Below, in pieces: positions 46,585 to 57,328 of a stretch of DNA of 64,000 nucleotides (within the stretch, counting starts at the first letter, position 1; every line of letters starts with the position of its first letter). The notes under the pieces are model-generated. The model made no database searches, was not told the DNA's origin, and saw nothing but the letters and a program-made list of their open reading frames with translations. A program made the position numbers and the translations under genes. This stretch comes from Bdellovibrio sp. Its GTDB lineage: Bacteria; Bdellovibrionota; Bdellovibrionia; Bdellovibrionales; Bdellovibrionaceae. The stretch is taken from contig JAKFBS010000002.1 of assembly GCA_036677065.1 (NCBI GenBank), positions 224,001 through 288,000 of the forward strand. The letters run 5' to 3'.

Positions 46585-49092
46585 GTGGATGCATTTCTAA
46601 CCTACCAAGGATTTTTAACGAGCTGCGGGCCTATGTGGGCGCTGATCGTTGGATCAATTTTTATTCTACTTTTCATCGGCTTTTTTGATCTGCCGTTGTT
46701 TGTTTGGGCGGTGGTTTCTGTCGGATTGCTATTCGGCTTAGGCGCTCCTAGTGCAGTAACTGCAGTTGTGGCAGCGTTATTTATTCTATTCTTAATCAAG
46801 CCAATCAGAACATTGTTAATTTCATCACCACTAATGAAATTGATGAAAGGCATTATGCCAAACATCTCGCAAACCGAGCGTACAGCGCTTGAGGCTGGCG
46901 TAGTTTGGATCGAAAAAGACTTGTTCTCAGGGCGACCTGATTTCAAAAAAATCTTGGCTGAACCGTACGCAAAGCTTACCGCTGAAGAGCAAGCGTTCAT
47001 GGATGGTCCAGTTGAAGAGCTTTGCAAAATGGCAAATCCTTGGAAAATCTGGCGTAACCGTGAAATGCCGCAAGAAATGTGGCAATTTGTAAAAGACAAA
47101 GGCTTTTTAGGAATGATCATTCCTAAAGAATACGGTGGTCTAGGTTTTTCTAATATGGCGCACTCTGAAGTGGTCATGAAATTATCGACGCGTTCAATTT
47201 CAGCTTCAATCTCTGTGATGGTGCCGAACTCTTTAGGGCCTGCAGAATTATTAATTCACTACGGAACTGAAGCACAAAAAAACCACTGGTTACCTCGTTT
47301 AGCCAAAGGCCAAGAGATTCCGTGTTTCGGCCTAACTGAACCACTAGCTGGTTCTGATGCCGGATCAATCACTTCTTCTGGAGTAGTTTTTAAAGACACT
47401 GACGGAAAATTAAAAATCAAATTAAACTGGAACAAACGTTGGATCACATTAGCATCTGTTTCAACAGTGATCGGCATGGCTTTCCGCTTGCGCGATCCAG
47501 AAAATCTATTAGGTAAAGGTGAAGACTTAGGTATCACTTGCGCGCTTGTTCCTTCAAGCACTCCGGGCGTTATCAATGATCGTCGTCATGATCCTTTATC
47601 GATTCCTTTTCACAATTGTCCTACTCAAGGTAAAGACGTTGTCATCACAGTTGAAGACTCAGTCGTTGGCGGAGCTGAAGGCTGCGGTAAAGGTTGGGGC
47701 ATGTTAATGGAATGTCTGGCTGCAGGTCGCGGCGTTTCATTACCGGCGCAATCAACGGGTGGATTAAAACTTTGTTACCGTACAGCTTCATCACACGCTT
47801 TTATTCGTAAACAATTCGGTCTTTCAATTGGTAAATTTGAAGGTGTTGAAGAGCCGATGGCTCGTATCGGCGCTAAAGCTTACGGTTTAGATGCGGCTCG
47901 TAGATTTACATTAGGTGCGCTTGATAAAGGTGTTAAACCTCCGGTAGTCACTGCAATGATGAAATACCACGCGACAGAAATGTCTCGTTCTGCAGTTAAT
48001 GATTGTATGGATATCATGGGCGGCGCGGGGATTTCATTAGGACAAAGAAATTTAATCGCTGAAGGTTACGTTGCAATGCCAATCGGTATTACAGTTGAAG
48101 GCGCGAACATCATGACAAGAACTTTGATCATCTTTGGTCAAGGGGCTTTACGTTGCCATCCTTACGCTTTTGACGAAGTGCGCGCTGTAGAAGCGGGTGA
48201 TGCAAAAGCATTTGATACAGCTTTCTGGGGCCACATCGGTCACGTTGTATCGAACCTTTGCCGTTCTAAATTATTATCATTATCTCGTGGTTATTTAGCG
48301 TGTGCACCGTCAGGCGTTCATCCTAAAACAAAAATCCACTATCGTCGTTTACAATGGGCAAGTGCCACATTTGCTATTTTAGCAGACGTTGCAATGGGTA
48401 CATTAGGCGGACAATTAAAATTAAAAGAAAAAATCACAGGTCGTTTTGCTGATATTTTCTCGCACATGTATTTATCGACTGCGGCGTTACGTAGATTCGA
48501 AGAAGAAGGTCAACGTGAAGAAGATCTTCCTTATTTACAGTACTTCTTAAAAGATCAAATGGCGCAAATTCAAAAATCGTTTGATGGTTTATTTGATAAT
48601 TTAAAACTAGATGTTCCAGTTATTGGTGGCATATACCGTTTTGTGATGAAAGACATCTTAGGCGCATGGTCTCGCATCAATTCAATCGGTTCACAAGGTA
48701 CTGATGGCTGGTCTCACTTGATCACAGCATCGATGATGAAAGCTGGCGAACAACGTGACCGTATCACTGATGGTATTTACTGGTGCACTGAAAGAGGCCA
48801 TGGCCCTGCAGAAGTGATTGCCCGTTTATCTAAAGGTGATCAAACAGCTCGTTTAGAAAATGCATTTAACGTAGTTACTCGTGCCGAAGCTGCCGAGAAA
48901 AAAATTCGTGCAGCGATCAAAGCTGGTTCTATTCCTAAGAAAAAAGGAAAAGGCTCATGGGATGACGCTTTAGCCAGAAAGATTATTTCTCAAGACGAAT
49001 TCAACTTGTTATCTGAAGCCGACAAAGTGCGTTTTGATGCGATCTTAGTAGATGATTTCTCTGAGAGCGAATACCAAAATAAACTTCCTTAA
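46585..49092 (+). CDS. fadE: Acyl-CoA dehydrogenase, FadE type
   Basis: N-terminal TM; VMVPNSLGPAELL, PCFGLTEP.AGSDA, R.QFG..IGKFEG and ITVEGANIMTR. Confidence 0.92.
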   Translation: MDAFLTYQGFLTSCGPMWALIVGSIFILLFIGFFDLPLFVWAVVSVGLLFGLGAPSAVTAVVAALFILFLIKPIRTLLISSPLMKLMKGIMPNISQTERTALEAGVVWIEKDLFSGRPDFKKILAEPYAKLTAEEQAFMDGPVEELCKMANPWKIWRNREMPQEMWQFVKDKGFLGMIIPKEYGGLGFSNMAHSEVVMKLSTRSISASISVMVPNSLGPAELLIHYGTEAQKNHWLPRLAKGQEIPCFGLTEPLAGSDAGSITSSGVVFKDTDGKLKIKLNWNKRWITLASVSTVIGMAFRLRDPENLLGKGEDLGITCALVPSSTPGVINDRRHDPLSIPFHNCPTQGKDVVITVEDSVVGGAEGCGKGWGMLMECLAAGRGVSLPAQSTGGLKLCYRTASSHAFIRKQFGLSIGKFEGVEEPMARIGAKAYGLDAARRFTLGALDKGVKPPVVTAMMKYHATEMSRSAVNDCMDIMGGAGISLGQRNLIAEGYVAMPIGITVEGANIMTRTLIIFGQGALRCHPYAFDEVRAVEAGDAKAFDTAFWGHIGHVVSNLCRSKLLSLSRGYLACAPSGVHPKTKIHYRRLQWASATFAILADVAMGTLGGQLKLKEKITGRFADIFSHMYLSTAALRRFEEEGQREEDLPYLQYFLKDQMAQIQKSFDGLFDNLKLDVPVIGGIYRFVMKDILGAWSRINSIGSQGTDGWSHLITASMMKAGEQRDRITDGIYWCTERGHGPAEVIARLSKGDQTARLENAFNVVTRAEAAEKKIRAAIKAGSIPKKKGKGSWDDALARKIISQDEFNLLSEADKVRFDAILVDDFSESEYQNKLP

Positions 49093-49130
49093 AAGGTAGG
49101 CCGTCCCTTTTTGGGGAGCAGCGTGCCACA

Positions 49131-49170
49131 AAATAAAAAAGGCGACTATCTCTAGTCGCCTTTTTTATTT
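49131..49170. terminator. Bidirectional intrinsic terminator
   Basis: AAATAAAAAAGGCGACTA-TCTC-TAGTCGCCTTTTTTATTT. Confidence 0.9.
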
Positions 49171-49190
49171 ATTTTTTAAAACTAAAATGA

Positions 49191-49844
49191 TTAGAACTTG
49201 ATTAAGCCATTGCCTAAAGAAAGTTGCGTCGATTCTTTAGATGCAAATACGTAATAAGTGACTGAAGAGTTTTGTTTGTTCTGAGATAAAATCGATTTCT
49301 CAGTTAACATTTGGTTTGGATCAATCACTAATTGGCCATCAGTTACTTGCAGATCAGCAGTTAAATATAAGTAGCCGTTAAACGGAGATAAGTAAGTCGC
49401 TACTTTTTCGTAATCAAACGGGGCTTTTACCGGAAGTAAAATCGCTTCGTTTAAACCTAAAGTTGCGTATAAAGATTGGTTACCAGAAAATTTATTAATA
49501 TTAGTTTCGCAAGTTTCATCTTCAGATTGAAGTGAAATTGAAGCAGAGATTGTTCTTGCGGTAGTGAAAGTCCAGCCAGTTTTTACATCTGTTAAAGTAA
49601 ATAACATTTGGCCGATTTCAAATTTAGCCGAAGTTACGCAGAATAAATCATTATCATCACGATGAGTAGAGTAAGTTAAACCACTGATCGACTTTGTAGT
49701 CTTCGGCGTAAAAGTTGCGCTCATCTCATAAAGACCAGCGTTTGTTTTTCCGTAAAGATTTGTGAAATCTAAAGCTGCTTTTTGAGTAAAAGCGTTTACG
49801 TTAATTGATACTGTGAAAGCGGCTAAGGCTAAAAGAAGTTTCAT
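49191..49844 (-). CDS. Secreted beta-rich hypothetical protein
   Basis: Start ATG 49844 (MKLLLALAAFTVSINVNA) after GGGAG; C-terminal Phe. Confidence 0.7.
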   Translation of the reverse strand: MKLLLALAAFTVSINVNAFTQKAALDFTNLYGKTNAGLYEMSATFTPKTTKSISGLTYSTHRDDNDLFCVTSAKFEIGQMLFTLTDVKTGWTFTTARTISASISLQSEDETCETNINKFSGNQSLYATLGLNEAILLPVKAPFDYEKVATYLSPFNGYLYLTADLQVTDGQLVIDPNQMLTEKSILSQNKQNSSVTYYVFASKESTQLSLGNGLIKF

Positions 49845-49891
49845 ATGGTTGTCTCCCTGAAGCCTGTTTATGCCAGCTTGGCCGACATCGC

Positions 49892-50317
49892 TCAAGTCAG
49901 GGTTTTGTTAGCACTCATGAAATAATAGCCAATCCCCACTATAATCGCTGCCGGTAATCCAATAAGGCCTAACCAGTAGATTGGCTTGATAAAATAATCA
50001 AAAGCTTGTGAAGCGAATGCGGCTTCGCCAGACATATTCATTAAATTAAGCAGTGATCCTATGATCGCGCCGCTTGAGAAGATGAAAATAGGAATCACAA
50101 CGCCTTTATAAAGTAAGGTTTGTCTTTGAATTGTTTTGTCGCACCATTTAGCGACGATAATCACTGTCCAGATACCGGCAAAAATTGGGATAAAGCCATT
50201 GTATTTAGAAAATGAAAACATCATCTGAAAAAAATGTTTGTCCATGATTGCATACGCTGTGATAGCGGCAATCACTAAACCAAGAAGACTGCCAAAAAAG
50301 TAATAATTTTTCTTCAT
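49892..50317 (-). CDS. Hypothetical 4-TM membrane protein
   Basis: 141 aa with four hydrophobic segments. Confidence 0.6.
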   Translation of the reverse strand: MKKNYYFFGSLLGLVIAAITAYAIMDKHFFQMMFSFSKYNGFIPIFAGIWTVIIVAKWCDKTIQRQTLLYKGVVIPIFIFSSGAIIGSLLNLMNMSGEAAFASQAFDYFIKPIYWLGLIGLPAAIIVGIGYYFMSANKTLT

Positions 50318-50325
50318 GATAGTCC

Positions 50326-50712
50326 TTAAGTGAAAATGATGGCTTTACCGATTGGAGCAAACGAGATTTTAGCTAATTTAAAATGCTGTAAACCCCAAGG
50401 CAGGCCAATGATTGTGATGCTAAATAATAAACCCCAGAAAATATGCAGGGCGGCTAACCACCAACCACAGAATACAAACCATAAAATATTACCTAAGGTG
50501 CCAAGTGAGCCGGTGCCGATATCTGATCCAGTACGAGTTTGCACGCTTGAGCCGAAAGGCCAAAGGTTTAATAAACCAATATTAAAAGCGGCGCGCGCCC
50601 ACGGAATTCCAACAATTGAAATCACCATAAAAAGAGCTGAGGTAAACCAAGATAAGGCCGTCGTCCAACCGCCAAAAAACAACCACAATAAGTTTAATAA
50701 AACATTCATCAT
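50326..50712 (-). CDS. yccF: YccF-domain inner membrane protein
   Basis: Duplicated N.LW..FGG(W) and ITIIGLP.G...K...F.P.G repeats. Confidence 0.88.
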   Translation of the reverse strand: MMNVLLNLLWLFFGGWTTALSWFTSALFMVISIVGIPWARAAFNIGLLNLWPFGSSVQTRTGSDIGTGSLGTLGNILWFVFCGWWLAALHIFWGLLFSITIIGLPWGLQHFKLAKISFAPIGKAIIFT

Positions 50713-51207
50713 TTAAATTTTCATCCTTTTAACAGTTGTGCTTTGATCAAGACGAAACTTTTCTAGTTTTTTAGCGATGTCTTGATTTTCAATCGCTAAC
50801 ATTTGTAGAGCTAGTAATCCTGCGTTGGCAGAATTGCCAATCGACACCGTCGCCACAGGCACACCTTTTGGCATTTGTACGATTGAAAGTAAACTATCCA
50901 TACCGTCTAATGATTTAGATTTTACCGGCACACCGATAACTGGCAGGGTCGTGTATGAGGCAGTCATTCCGGGTAAGTGAGCAGCGCCTCCAGCACCAGC
51001 GATAATCACTTTAATCCCATTATCACGTGCATTCATGGCAAATTCACGCATATCATCCGGAGTTCTATGTGCCGATAAAACTTTTTTTTCAAAAGGAATT
51101 TTAAAATCAGTTAAGACTTCGCAAGCGGCTTTCATGGTCTCCCAATCAGATTGGCTTCCCATAATAACAGCAACTTGAGCTTTTGATTTTTTAATGGTTT
51201 TTTTCAT
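50713..51207 (-). CDS. purE: N5-CAIR mutase
   Basis: [25 protein letters not shown] and [11 protein letters not shown]. Confidence 0.96.
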   Translation of the reverse strand: MKKTIKKSKAQVAVIMGSQSDWETMKAACEVLTDFKIPFEKKVLSAHRTPDDMREFAMNARDNGIKVIIAGAGGAAHLPGMTASYTTLPVIGVPVKSKSLDGMDSLLSIVQMPKGVPVATVSIGNSANAGLLALQMLAIENQDIAKKLEKFRLDQSTTVKRMKI

Positions 51208-52343
51208 AGAGAATAAATCCCTTTCAAATATTTTACCTGAGAAAATATTTCGTCTTTGTTGTTTCCACAGACTGTAAAATGTCCCATTTTTCGTCCGGGT
51301 TTTGATTGAGATTTTCCGTACAGGTGTAAGTGGCCATTTTTAACTTTTAAAAATTCTGCAATTGGTTCTAACTGCGAAATTTGGTTTTTAGTGCCTAATA
51401 AATTTAGCATGACTGCGTATTTGCTGGTTAAAGTCGTTTCACCCAAAGGTAAACCCATCACGCTGCGCACGTGATTATGAAACTGTGAGGTCACGCACGC
51501 ATTCATGCTGTAATGCCCAGAATTATGTGGACGCGGGGCTGATTCATTTAAATAAACTTGATCATCATCTGTCAGAAAAAACTCGAAAGCATATAAGCCG
51601 CGCGCATTGATCGCTGTTAGCGCAAGGTCTGTAAATGCTTTAATTTTATTTTCTACATTCGTCGAAATATCTGCAGGAATTGTAACATAATGGCAAATGT
51701 GGTTTTCTTGCACGGTTTCAGCAATTGGATAATAAACTGTGCCGCTATCGTTTCGCGCTGCCATGATAGCGATTTCTTTTTTATATGGAACAAAAGCTTC
51801 GACTAATTTACGGCCTTTTAGTTTTTGTAGTGCTTCGTCAATCATCTCTTCAGATTTAATAGTTACGTTGCCGTAACCGTCGTATCCACCTTTTGCAGAT
51901 TTCATAACGACTGGTAGTCCGTAAGTATTAATAAACGCAATGACATCTGATTTTGTTGTAACTTCCTGGTACGGGCAAACGGCAATACCAGCATTACTGA
52001 ACGTATTTTTTTCGGTGATTTTATCTCCGATTAATTTAAATGTCTCTGCTGATGGGTAAAGTTTGTTAGGTTTTCTCTGTTCAATTGCTTCTAGAATAGA
52101 TTGATCGATGAACTCATTTTCTAAAGTGATGTAATCACACTGATCGGCGAAAGCTAAAATTTTATCTATATTATTAAAGTCAGATTTTGTAGTGAAGTTA
52201 GCAACTGCAGATGCGGGGCTTGTTGTATCAGCGGCTTCGTTGCATAAGACATGAGTTTTGATTCCTAGGTCGTGTGCGGCCAGAGCTGTCATACGAGACA
52301 ACTGTCCGCTTCCTAAAATACCTAAGACCGTATTCGCATTCAT
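51204..52343 (-). CDS. purK: N5-CAIR synthase
   Basis: [28 protein letters not shown] and RKMGH. Confidence 0.94.
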   Translation of the reverse strand: MNANTVLGILGSGQLSRMTALAAHDLGIKTHVLCNEAADTTSPASAVANFTTKSDFNNIDKILAFADQCDYITLENEFIDQSILEAIEQRKPNKLYPSAETFKLIGDKITEKNTFSNAGIAVCPYQEVTTKSDVIAFINTYGLPVVMKSAKGGYDGYGNVTIKSEEMIDEALQKLKGRKLVEAFVPYKKEIAIMAARNDSGTVYYPIAETVQENHICHYVTIPADISTNVENKIKAFTDLALTAINARGLYAFEFFLTDDDQVYLNESAPRPHNSGHYSMNACVTSQFHNHVRSVMGLPLGETTLTSKYAVMLNLLGTKNQISQLEPIAEFLKVKNGHLHLYGKSQSKPGRKMGHFTVCGNNKDEIFSQVKYLKGIYSL

Positions 52344-52395
52344 GTGCGTTCAATATACGAGTGACTGCCTAAATATTCAATGAGATTATGGCTGT

Positions 52396-52842
52396 ATGGG
52401 TTCACCTAAAGTTAAAGTAAAGGCGCAGGTATTGATCATTAACAATGATAAGGTGCTCGTATATCGCGTATTAGACGAAAAAACTGGAACACATATATAT
52501 AGACTGATCGGCGGTCGGATCGAGTTCGGCGAATTGTCTGAAAAAGCAGCTATTCGTGAATTTTTTGAAGAAACTCATATCGAAGTGAAATGCCTAAAGC
52601 ATGTGGGTTGTTTTGAAAGCATCTATATATTGCACGGCAAACCAAAACACGAATTCGTACAAATTTATGTCTGCGAATTTGTTGATAAATCCCATTATAA
52701 TAAAATAAGTTTTAAACTTTTCGAACCTGGTGAAATTTTAAATGACGCAGAATGGGTTGATGCAAAATTGTTAAGTCAGAAATCGACGCCATTTTATCCA
52801 GAAAAGTTAAAAGACATTTTTCTTGAAAAGATTTCTATCTAA
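52396..52842 (+). CDS. NUDIX hydrolase
   Basis: GGRIEFGELSEKAAIREFFEETHI Nudix box. Confidence 0.8.
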   Translation: MGSPKVKVKAQVLIINNDKVLVYRVLDEKTGTHIYRLIGGRIEFGELSEKAAIREFFEETHIEVKCLKHVGCFESIYILHGKPKHEFVQIYVCEFVDKSHYNKISFKLFEPGEILNDAEWVDAKLLSQKSTPFYPEKLKDIFLEKISI

Positions 52843-52926
52843 TCCTATAGTCTGAGGCACAACACTTAACCATCCATGTGTTCAGTAGACTAGTAATACA
52901 TGTGGTGTTTTTATATAGGAGTCCCC

Positions 52927-54426
52927 ATGTGTGGTGTGATTGGAGTTTTTGGAACTCCGTATTCATCTCAAGAGGTTCAACAAGGTTTGCAGCTCTTGCA
53001 ACACCGAGGACAAGACGCAGCCGGCATCCTATCTTTTAATTCTCAAACAAAAAATTTTTCGCTCTATAAAGATGTAGGTTTAGTTTCTAAAGTTTTCGAT
53101 GACAGCAAGCTTTATGGAATAACCGGCGATATCAGCATTGGCCACACGCGCTATGCCACCGTCGGGCCCAAGACGGTCATTGATGCAAAAAGGGATTTGC
53201 AGCCAATGATGGTGAATTATCCCTTCGGTATCGGAATGGTCCATAACGGTAATCTAGTAAATTACTATCAGTTAAAAAAAGAATTAAAAGAAACCAAGAA
53301 CAGAATTCTTTTCACGCAAAACGACCTAGAAGCCTTATTAAATATCTTATCTAACAACTTACTTGAAAAAAATAACTTAAACTTCTCATTCGACGAATTC
53401 CAAGCCTCAGTAAAGTCCCTCTTTGATCAAGCCAAAGGGGGATTTTCAGTTTTGGGCGTCATCGCTGAAAAAGGCTTTTTTGCTTTTCGCGATCCGCACG
53501 GCATTCGCCCTCTTATTTTAGGCCGCAGAACGCTAACTGAAGAAGAAAAAAAACAAAACCCAAATCATTTTGGTGTAAGTTACTGTGCAAGTTCTGAAAC
53601 TAATGCGATGAATTTTCTAGGTTATGAAGTGATTCGCGATTTAAGCCCCGGTGAAATTATCTTTATTGATAATTCGGGCGAAATTTATTCATCTTCAAAT
53701 TATTCGACGCAAAATAAAATTCCGGCTAAAACTTGCATGTTTGAATATGTGTATTTTTCTAATCCAGAATCAAAATTAGAAAATGTCAGTATTTACGGTG
53801 CACGTTTAAATTTTGGTAAATACATTGCTGAAGAAATTCGCCATAAAATTGATTCTGGCGTCATTAAGCCGGATATCATCGTACCGATTCCTGAAACTTC
53901 TCGCGTAGCGGCCATCAGTATGTCTGAAACTTTAGGAATCCCGTACCGCGAAGTTTTAATTAAAAATCGTTATATTCAACGCAGTTTTATTTTAAATACC
54001 CAAGAATCCCGCAAGCGCGCAGTGCAGTTAAAATTAACGGCCATTGCTTCTGAGATTAAAGGCAAAAATGTAATGTTAGTGGATGACTCAGTAGTTCGCG
54101 GAACGACATCTAAGAAAATCATCGATATGGTTCGTGAAGCGGGTGCTAATGAAGTTTATTTAGCTTCAACTTGTCCGCCGATTCGTCATCCTTGTTTTTA
54201 CGGCGTTGATTTTCCAGACCCGAATGAATTAGTCGCTCACGGTAAAACTGAAACTGAAGTGGCTAAGATATTAGGTGCGGATCATTTATTTTATTTAACT
54301 GTTGAAGGTTTAAAGAAAAGTATCGGGTCAGATAAACTTTGCATGGCTTGTATTGATGGTAAATACCCGGTCGATACTTCGAATAAAGCTTTTAGTGAAA
54401 TGCGCCAGGCGCACCGCGGGGTTTAA
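52927..54426 (+). CDS. purF: Amidophosphoribosyltransferase
   Basis: MCGVIG (Ntn Cys; start 52927 with AGGAG RBS), QHRGQDAAG, GHTRY and VDDSVVRGTT. Confidence 0.96.
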   Translation: MCGVIGVFGTPYSSQEVQQGLQLLQHRGQDAAGILSFNSQTKNFSLYKDVGLVSKVFDDSKLYGITGDISIGHTRYATVGPKTVIDAKRDLQPMMVNYPFGIGMVHNGNLVNYYQLKKELKETKNRILFTQNDLEALLNILSNNLLEKNNLNFSFDEFQASVKSLFDQAKGGFSVLGVIAEKGFFAFRDPHGIRPLILGRRTLTEEEKKQNPNHFGVSYCASSETNAMNFLGYEVIRDLSPGEIIFIDNSGEIYSSSNYSTQNKIPAKTCMFEYVYFSNPESKLENVSIYGARLNFGKYIAEEIRHKIDSGVIKPDIIVPIPETSRVAAISMSETLGIPYREVLIKNRYIQRSFILNTQESRKRAVQLKLTAIASEIKGKNVMLVDDSVVRGTTSKKIIDMVREAGANEVYLASTCPPIRHPCFYGVDFPDPNELVAHGKTETEVAKILGADHLFYLTVEGLKKSIGSDKLCMACIDGKYPVDTSNKAFSEMRQAHRGV

Positions 54427-54430
54427 AGTG

Positions 54431-55471
54431 ATGAATCAGCTGCCTCCTCTTTTATACCAAGGCTCAGTTAAGAATGTGCGTGGCCTTGCAAAAGATGCTT
54501 CGTTAGTTTTTGAATACTCTGATCGTTATTCAGTTTTTGATTGGGGTGAAATGCCAGATCAAATTTTGGGTAAGGGTGCAGCGCTTAATTTAATGGGTTA
54601 TGCGTTTTTTCAGTACCTAGAAAAGCAAATCGGTTTGAAGCATCATATGCTAGGTCTAGTCGGAACAGGTGCAACGAATCTTTGTTCGGTTAAAAATGTT
54701 AAAGTTGTTCGACCTCAAAAAGAAGGTGCAACTTATAACTATCAACCTTATCAACAGCGTCTTGTAAATTCTTTAGTTCCCTTAGAAGTGATTTTTCGTT
54801 TAGGTTTAGCCCAAGGCAATTCGTTATCAAAAAGATTTAAATCAGATTCAGAATTGGTAAAACAATTTGGATTAACTGCGGTTCGTAAAGAGGGTCAGTT
54901 ATTAGAAAAGCCCTTAATTGATTTTTCGACAAAACTTGAAGCGGGTGATCGCTACGTCACTTATGCCGAAGCACAAACAATCTCTGGAATGACTTCGACT
55001 GAATTTAAAAAATTAATCGCTAAAACTACAGAAATCGCTCTTTGTTTAAAAGACTTTCATCAAAAGATGGGGCTAGAGCTTTGGGATGGTAAAGTTGAAT
55101 TTGCTTTCATTGAAGGGGATTCACAAGACCGTGATTTCATGTTGGTCGATTCCATCGGGATCGATGAATTGCGTTTAATCTCTGAGGGTAAAAGTTTATC
55201 AAAAGAATTCTTACGCGAAATCTATAAAAACTCGACTTGGTATCAAGCTTTGAATGACGCTAAAGAAGAAGCTGCTTTAAGTCAGGGTGATTTTAAAGAA
55301 ATTTGTAAAAATAAGTATCAGCAAAATCCTCCAAATCTCTCACCTTTAAATAAACAAAAAGCCGAAGACTTGTATCAAAGTTACTGCAATTCGGTGTATG
55401 CGCAGATGAATTTACCACTTCCTTTTAATCCTGAATTGAACGTTAAAAATTACGTGGGTAAATATCTATGA
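54431..55471 (+). CDS. purC: SAICAR synthetase
   Basis: YQGSVKNV, SDRYSVFDWG, PLEVIFR, STKLE and DGKVEF; start ATG 54431 or GTG 54428. Confidence 0.9.
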   Translation: MNQLPPLLYQGSVKNVRGLAKDASLVFEYSDRYSVFDWGEMPDQILGKGAALNLMGYAFFQYLEKQIGLKHHMLGLVGTGATNLCSVKNVKVVRPQKEGATYNYQPYQQRLVNSLVPLEVIFRLGLAQGNSLSKRFKSDSELVKQFGLTAVRKEGQLLEKPLIDFSTKLEAGDRYVTYAEAQTISGMTSTEFKKLIAKTTEIALCLKDFHQKMGLELWDGKVEFAFIEGDSQDRDFMLVDSIGIDELRLISEGKSLSKEFLREIYKNSTWYQALNDAKEEAALSQGDFKEICKNKYQQNPPNLSPLNKQKAEDLYQSYCNSVYAQMNLPLPFNPELNVKNYVGKYL

Positions 55472-56745
55472 GAATTTTAATCGTCGGCAGTGGCGGCCGT
55501 GAACACGCCTTAGCTTGGAAAATTTTGCAGTCGCCCAAAGTGCGCCAAGTTTTTATTGCTCCAGGAAATCAAGGCATCACTGATAAACTGCCAAATCTGA
55601 CAGCGGTAGATATTAAAGCTACAGATATTGAAGCTTTATTGGCTTTCGCTCTTAAAGAAAAAATTGATTTAACCGTTGTAGGCCCCGAGAATTCTTTAGA
55701 AAAAGGAATTCAGGATCAATTTAAAGCTAACGGTTTAAAAGTATTCGGCCCATCAAAAGCGGCAAGCCAACTAGAATCATCTAAAACTTTTGCTAAACAA
55801 GTTATGATCGCGGCAGGTGTTCCGACAGCTGAGTATCAATCATTTGCTAGTTTTCAAGCAGCGACTCAATTTATCGAACAAGCCCGATGGACGCAGATGG
55901 TAGTAAAAGCTGACGGCTTAGCTGCAGGAAAAGGCGTCGTCGTTTGTGCAGATAAAGCCGAAGCTTTTGCTGCGGTAAAAAGTTTTATGGTCGATGATAT
56001 CTTGGGTTTTAAAGTTACAAATTTATTAATCGAAGAATTTTTAGTTGGACCAGAAGTTTCAGTATTTGCATTAAGTGACGGTAATAACGTCACTTTCTTA
56101 GGAACCGCTGGTGATCACAAAAGATTGCGCGACGGTGATCTTGGTCCTAACACAGGTGGTATGGGAGTGATCTCGCCATCGCCATATTTTGCAGCCGCAG
56201 ATCAAGAATTAGTAATGCAACAGATTTTCACACCTGTAGTTCTTGAAATGAAAAAACGCGGAACACCTTTTTCTGGAGTGCTATTTGCTGGATTAATGAA
56301 AACTTCTAACGGCTATAAAACCTTAGAGTTTAACGTGCGTTTTGGTGATCCTGAAACTCAGGCACTGATGATGTTAATTGATGAAGACATTGTTTCATTA
56401 TTTTTAGCCTGCGCCGAAGGCGCGTTACATAATACTTCTGTAACATTGAAATCTGAAAAAGCGATTCATGTGGTGCTTGCAGCTTTCGGCTATCCGGGCA
56501 CCGAGGGAATTCCAGTTCGCGCTGGTGATGAAATTTCATTGCATCACACCATTCAAGGCCAAATGTTTTTTGCAGGTGTTGCAAAGCTTGATGGGCATTT
56601 TGTAACTGCGGGCGGTCGGGTTCTTGGAATCACTGCAATCGGCGAAACCTATTCTGAAGCGCGCACTAAAGCTTATAATTCAATCGCCACTGTTAAATTT
56701 GCCGGTTCTCAATGTAGATCCGATATTGGAGCCGGGCATGCCTAA
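55468..56745 (+). CDS. purD: Phosphoribosylamine-glycine ligase
   Basis: GSGGREHAL, VKADGLAAGKGV, GPNTGGMG and EFNVRFGDPE. Confidence 0.96.
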   Translation: MRILIVGSGGREHALAWKILQSPKVRQVFIAPGNQGITDKLPNLTAVDIKATDIEALLAFALKEKIDLTVVGPENSLEKGIQDQFKANGLKVFGPSKAASQLESSKTFAKQVMIAAGVPTAEYQSFASFQAATQFIEQARWTQMVVKADGLAAGKGVVVCADKAEAFAAVKSFMVDDILGFKVTNLLIEEFLVGPEVSVFALSDGNNVTFLGTAGDHKRLRDGDLGPNTGGMGVISPSPYFAAADQELVMQQIFTPVVLEMKKRGTPFSGVLFAGLMKTSNGYKTLEFNVRFGDPETQALMMLIDEDIVSLFLACAEGALHNTSVTLKSEKAIHVVLAAFGYPGTEGIPVRAGDEISLHHTIQGQMFFAGVAKLDGHFVTAGGRVLGITAIGETYSEARTKAYNSIATVKFAGSQCRSDIGAGHA

Positions 56746-57328
56746 GATTGTTGTCCTTGCTTCAGGAAGTGGATCAAATGCAGAAGCAATCATCCGCTTT
56801 GCACAAGAGCACAACTCTTTTGAAGTGGCGGCCGTGATCTCGGATAAAGCTGAGGCTTTGGTCTTACAGCGCGCTAAAAACCTTAAAGTTGAAGCTCAAG
56901 TTGTTGAAAAAACAAAATCTGAATCAAAAGCCGCCTTTGAACAAAGACTTGTTCATGAAATTAAAAAACATCAACCGGACTGGATCGTGCTTGCTGGTTT
57001 TATGAAGCTACTTTCGCATGAGTTTTTACAAAACTTTTATGACCCTAAAATTAAGCACTTTAAAGTTATAAATATTCACCCGTCGTTATTGCCGTTATTT
57101 CCAGGTAAAGATGCTTACGAGCAATCTTATAGAGCGCAAAAGAGCGAATATGGCTGCACCATTCATTTTGTCGATGAGGGCATGGATACTGGAAAGATCA
57201 TTTTCCAAGAACGTTTAAAAGCAATCGAAGGCGAAGATTTTGAATCTTTCAAAGCCCGCGGTTTAGCCGCAGAAAATAGAATTTACCCGATTATTTTAGA
57301 AAAACTATTTAAGGAGTATTCAACGTGA
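56738..57328 (+). CDS. purN: GAR formyltransferase
   Basis: LASGSGSN, LAGFM, NIHPSLLP.FPG and GCTIHFVDEGMDTG; start ATG 56738. Confidence 0.94.
   Translation: MPKIVVLASGSGSNAEAIIRFAQEHNSFEVAAVISDKAEALVLQRAKNLKVEAQVVEKTKSESKAAFEQRLVHEIKKHQPDWIVLAGFMKLLSHEFLQNFYDPKIKHFKVINIHPSLLPLFPGKDAYEQSYRAQKSEYGCTIHFVDEGMDTGKIIFQERLKAIEGEDFESFKARGLAAENRIYPIILEKLFKEYST

Noticed and set aside
46602..47576. Several minus-strand ORFs of 64-191 aa
   Set aside because: Lie antisense within fadE and have no recognisable motifs
50330..50716. 128-aa plus-strand ORF
   Set aside because: Antisense shadow of the well-supported yccF gene
52843..52926. Known purine, ZTP or PRPP riboswitch before purF
   Set aside because: I could not find the conserved cores of these classes; only short generic pairings are present
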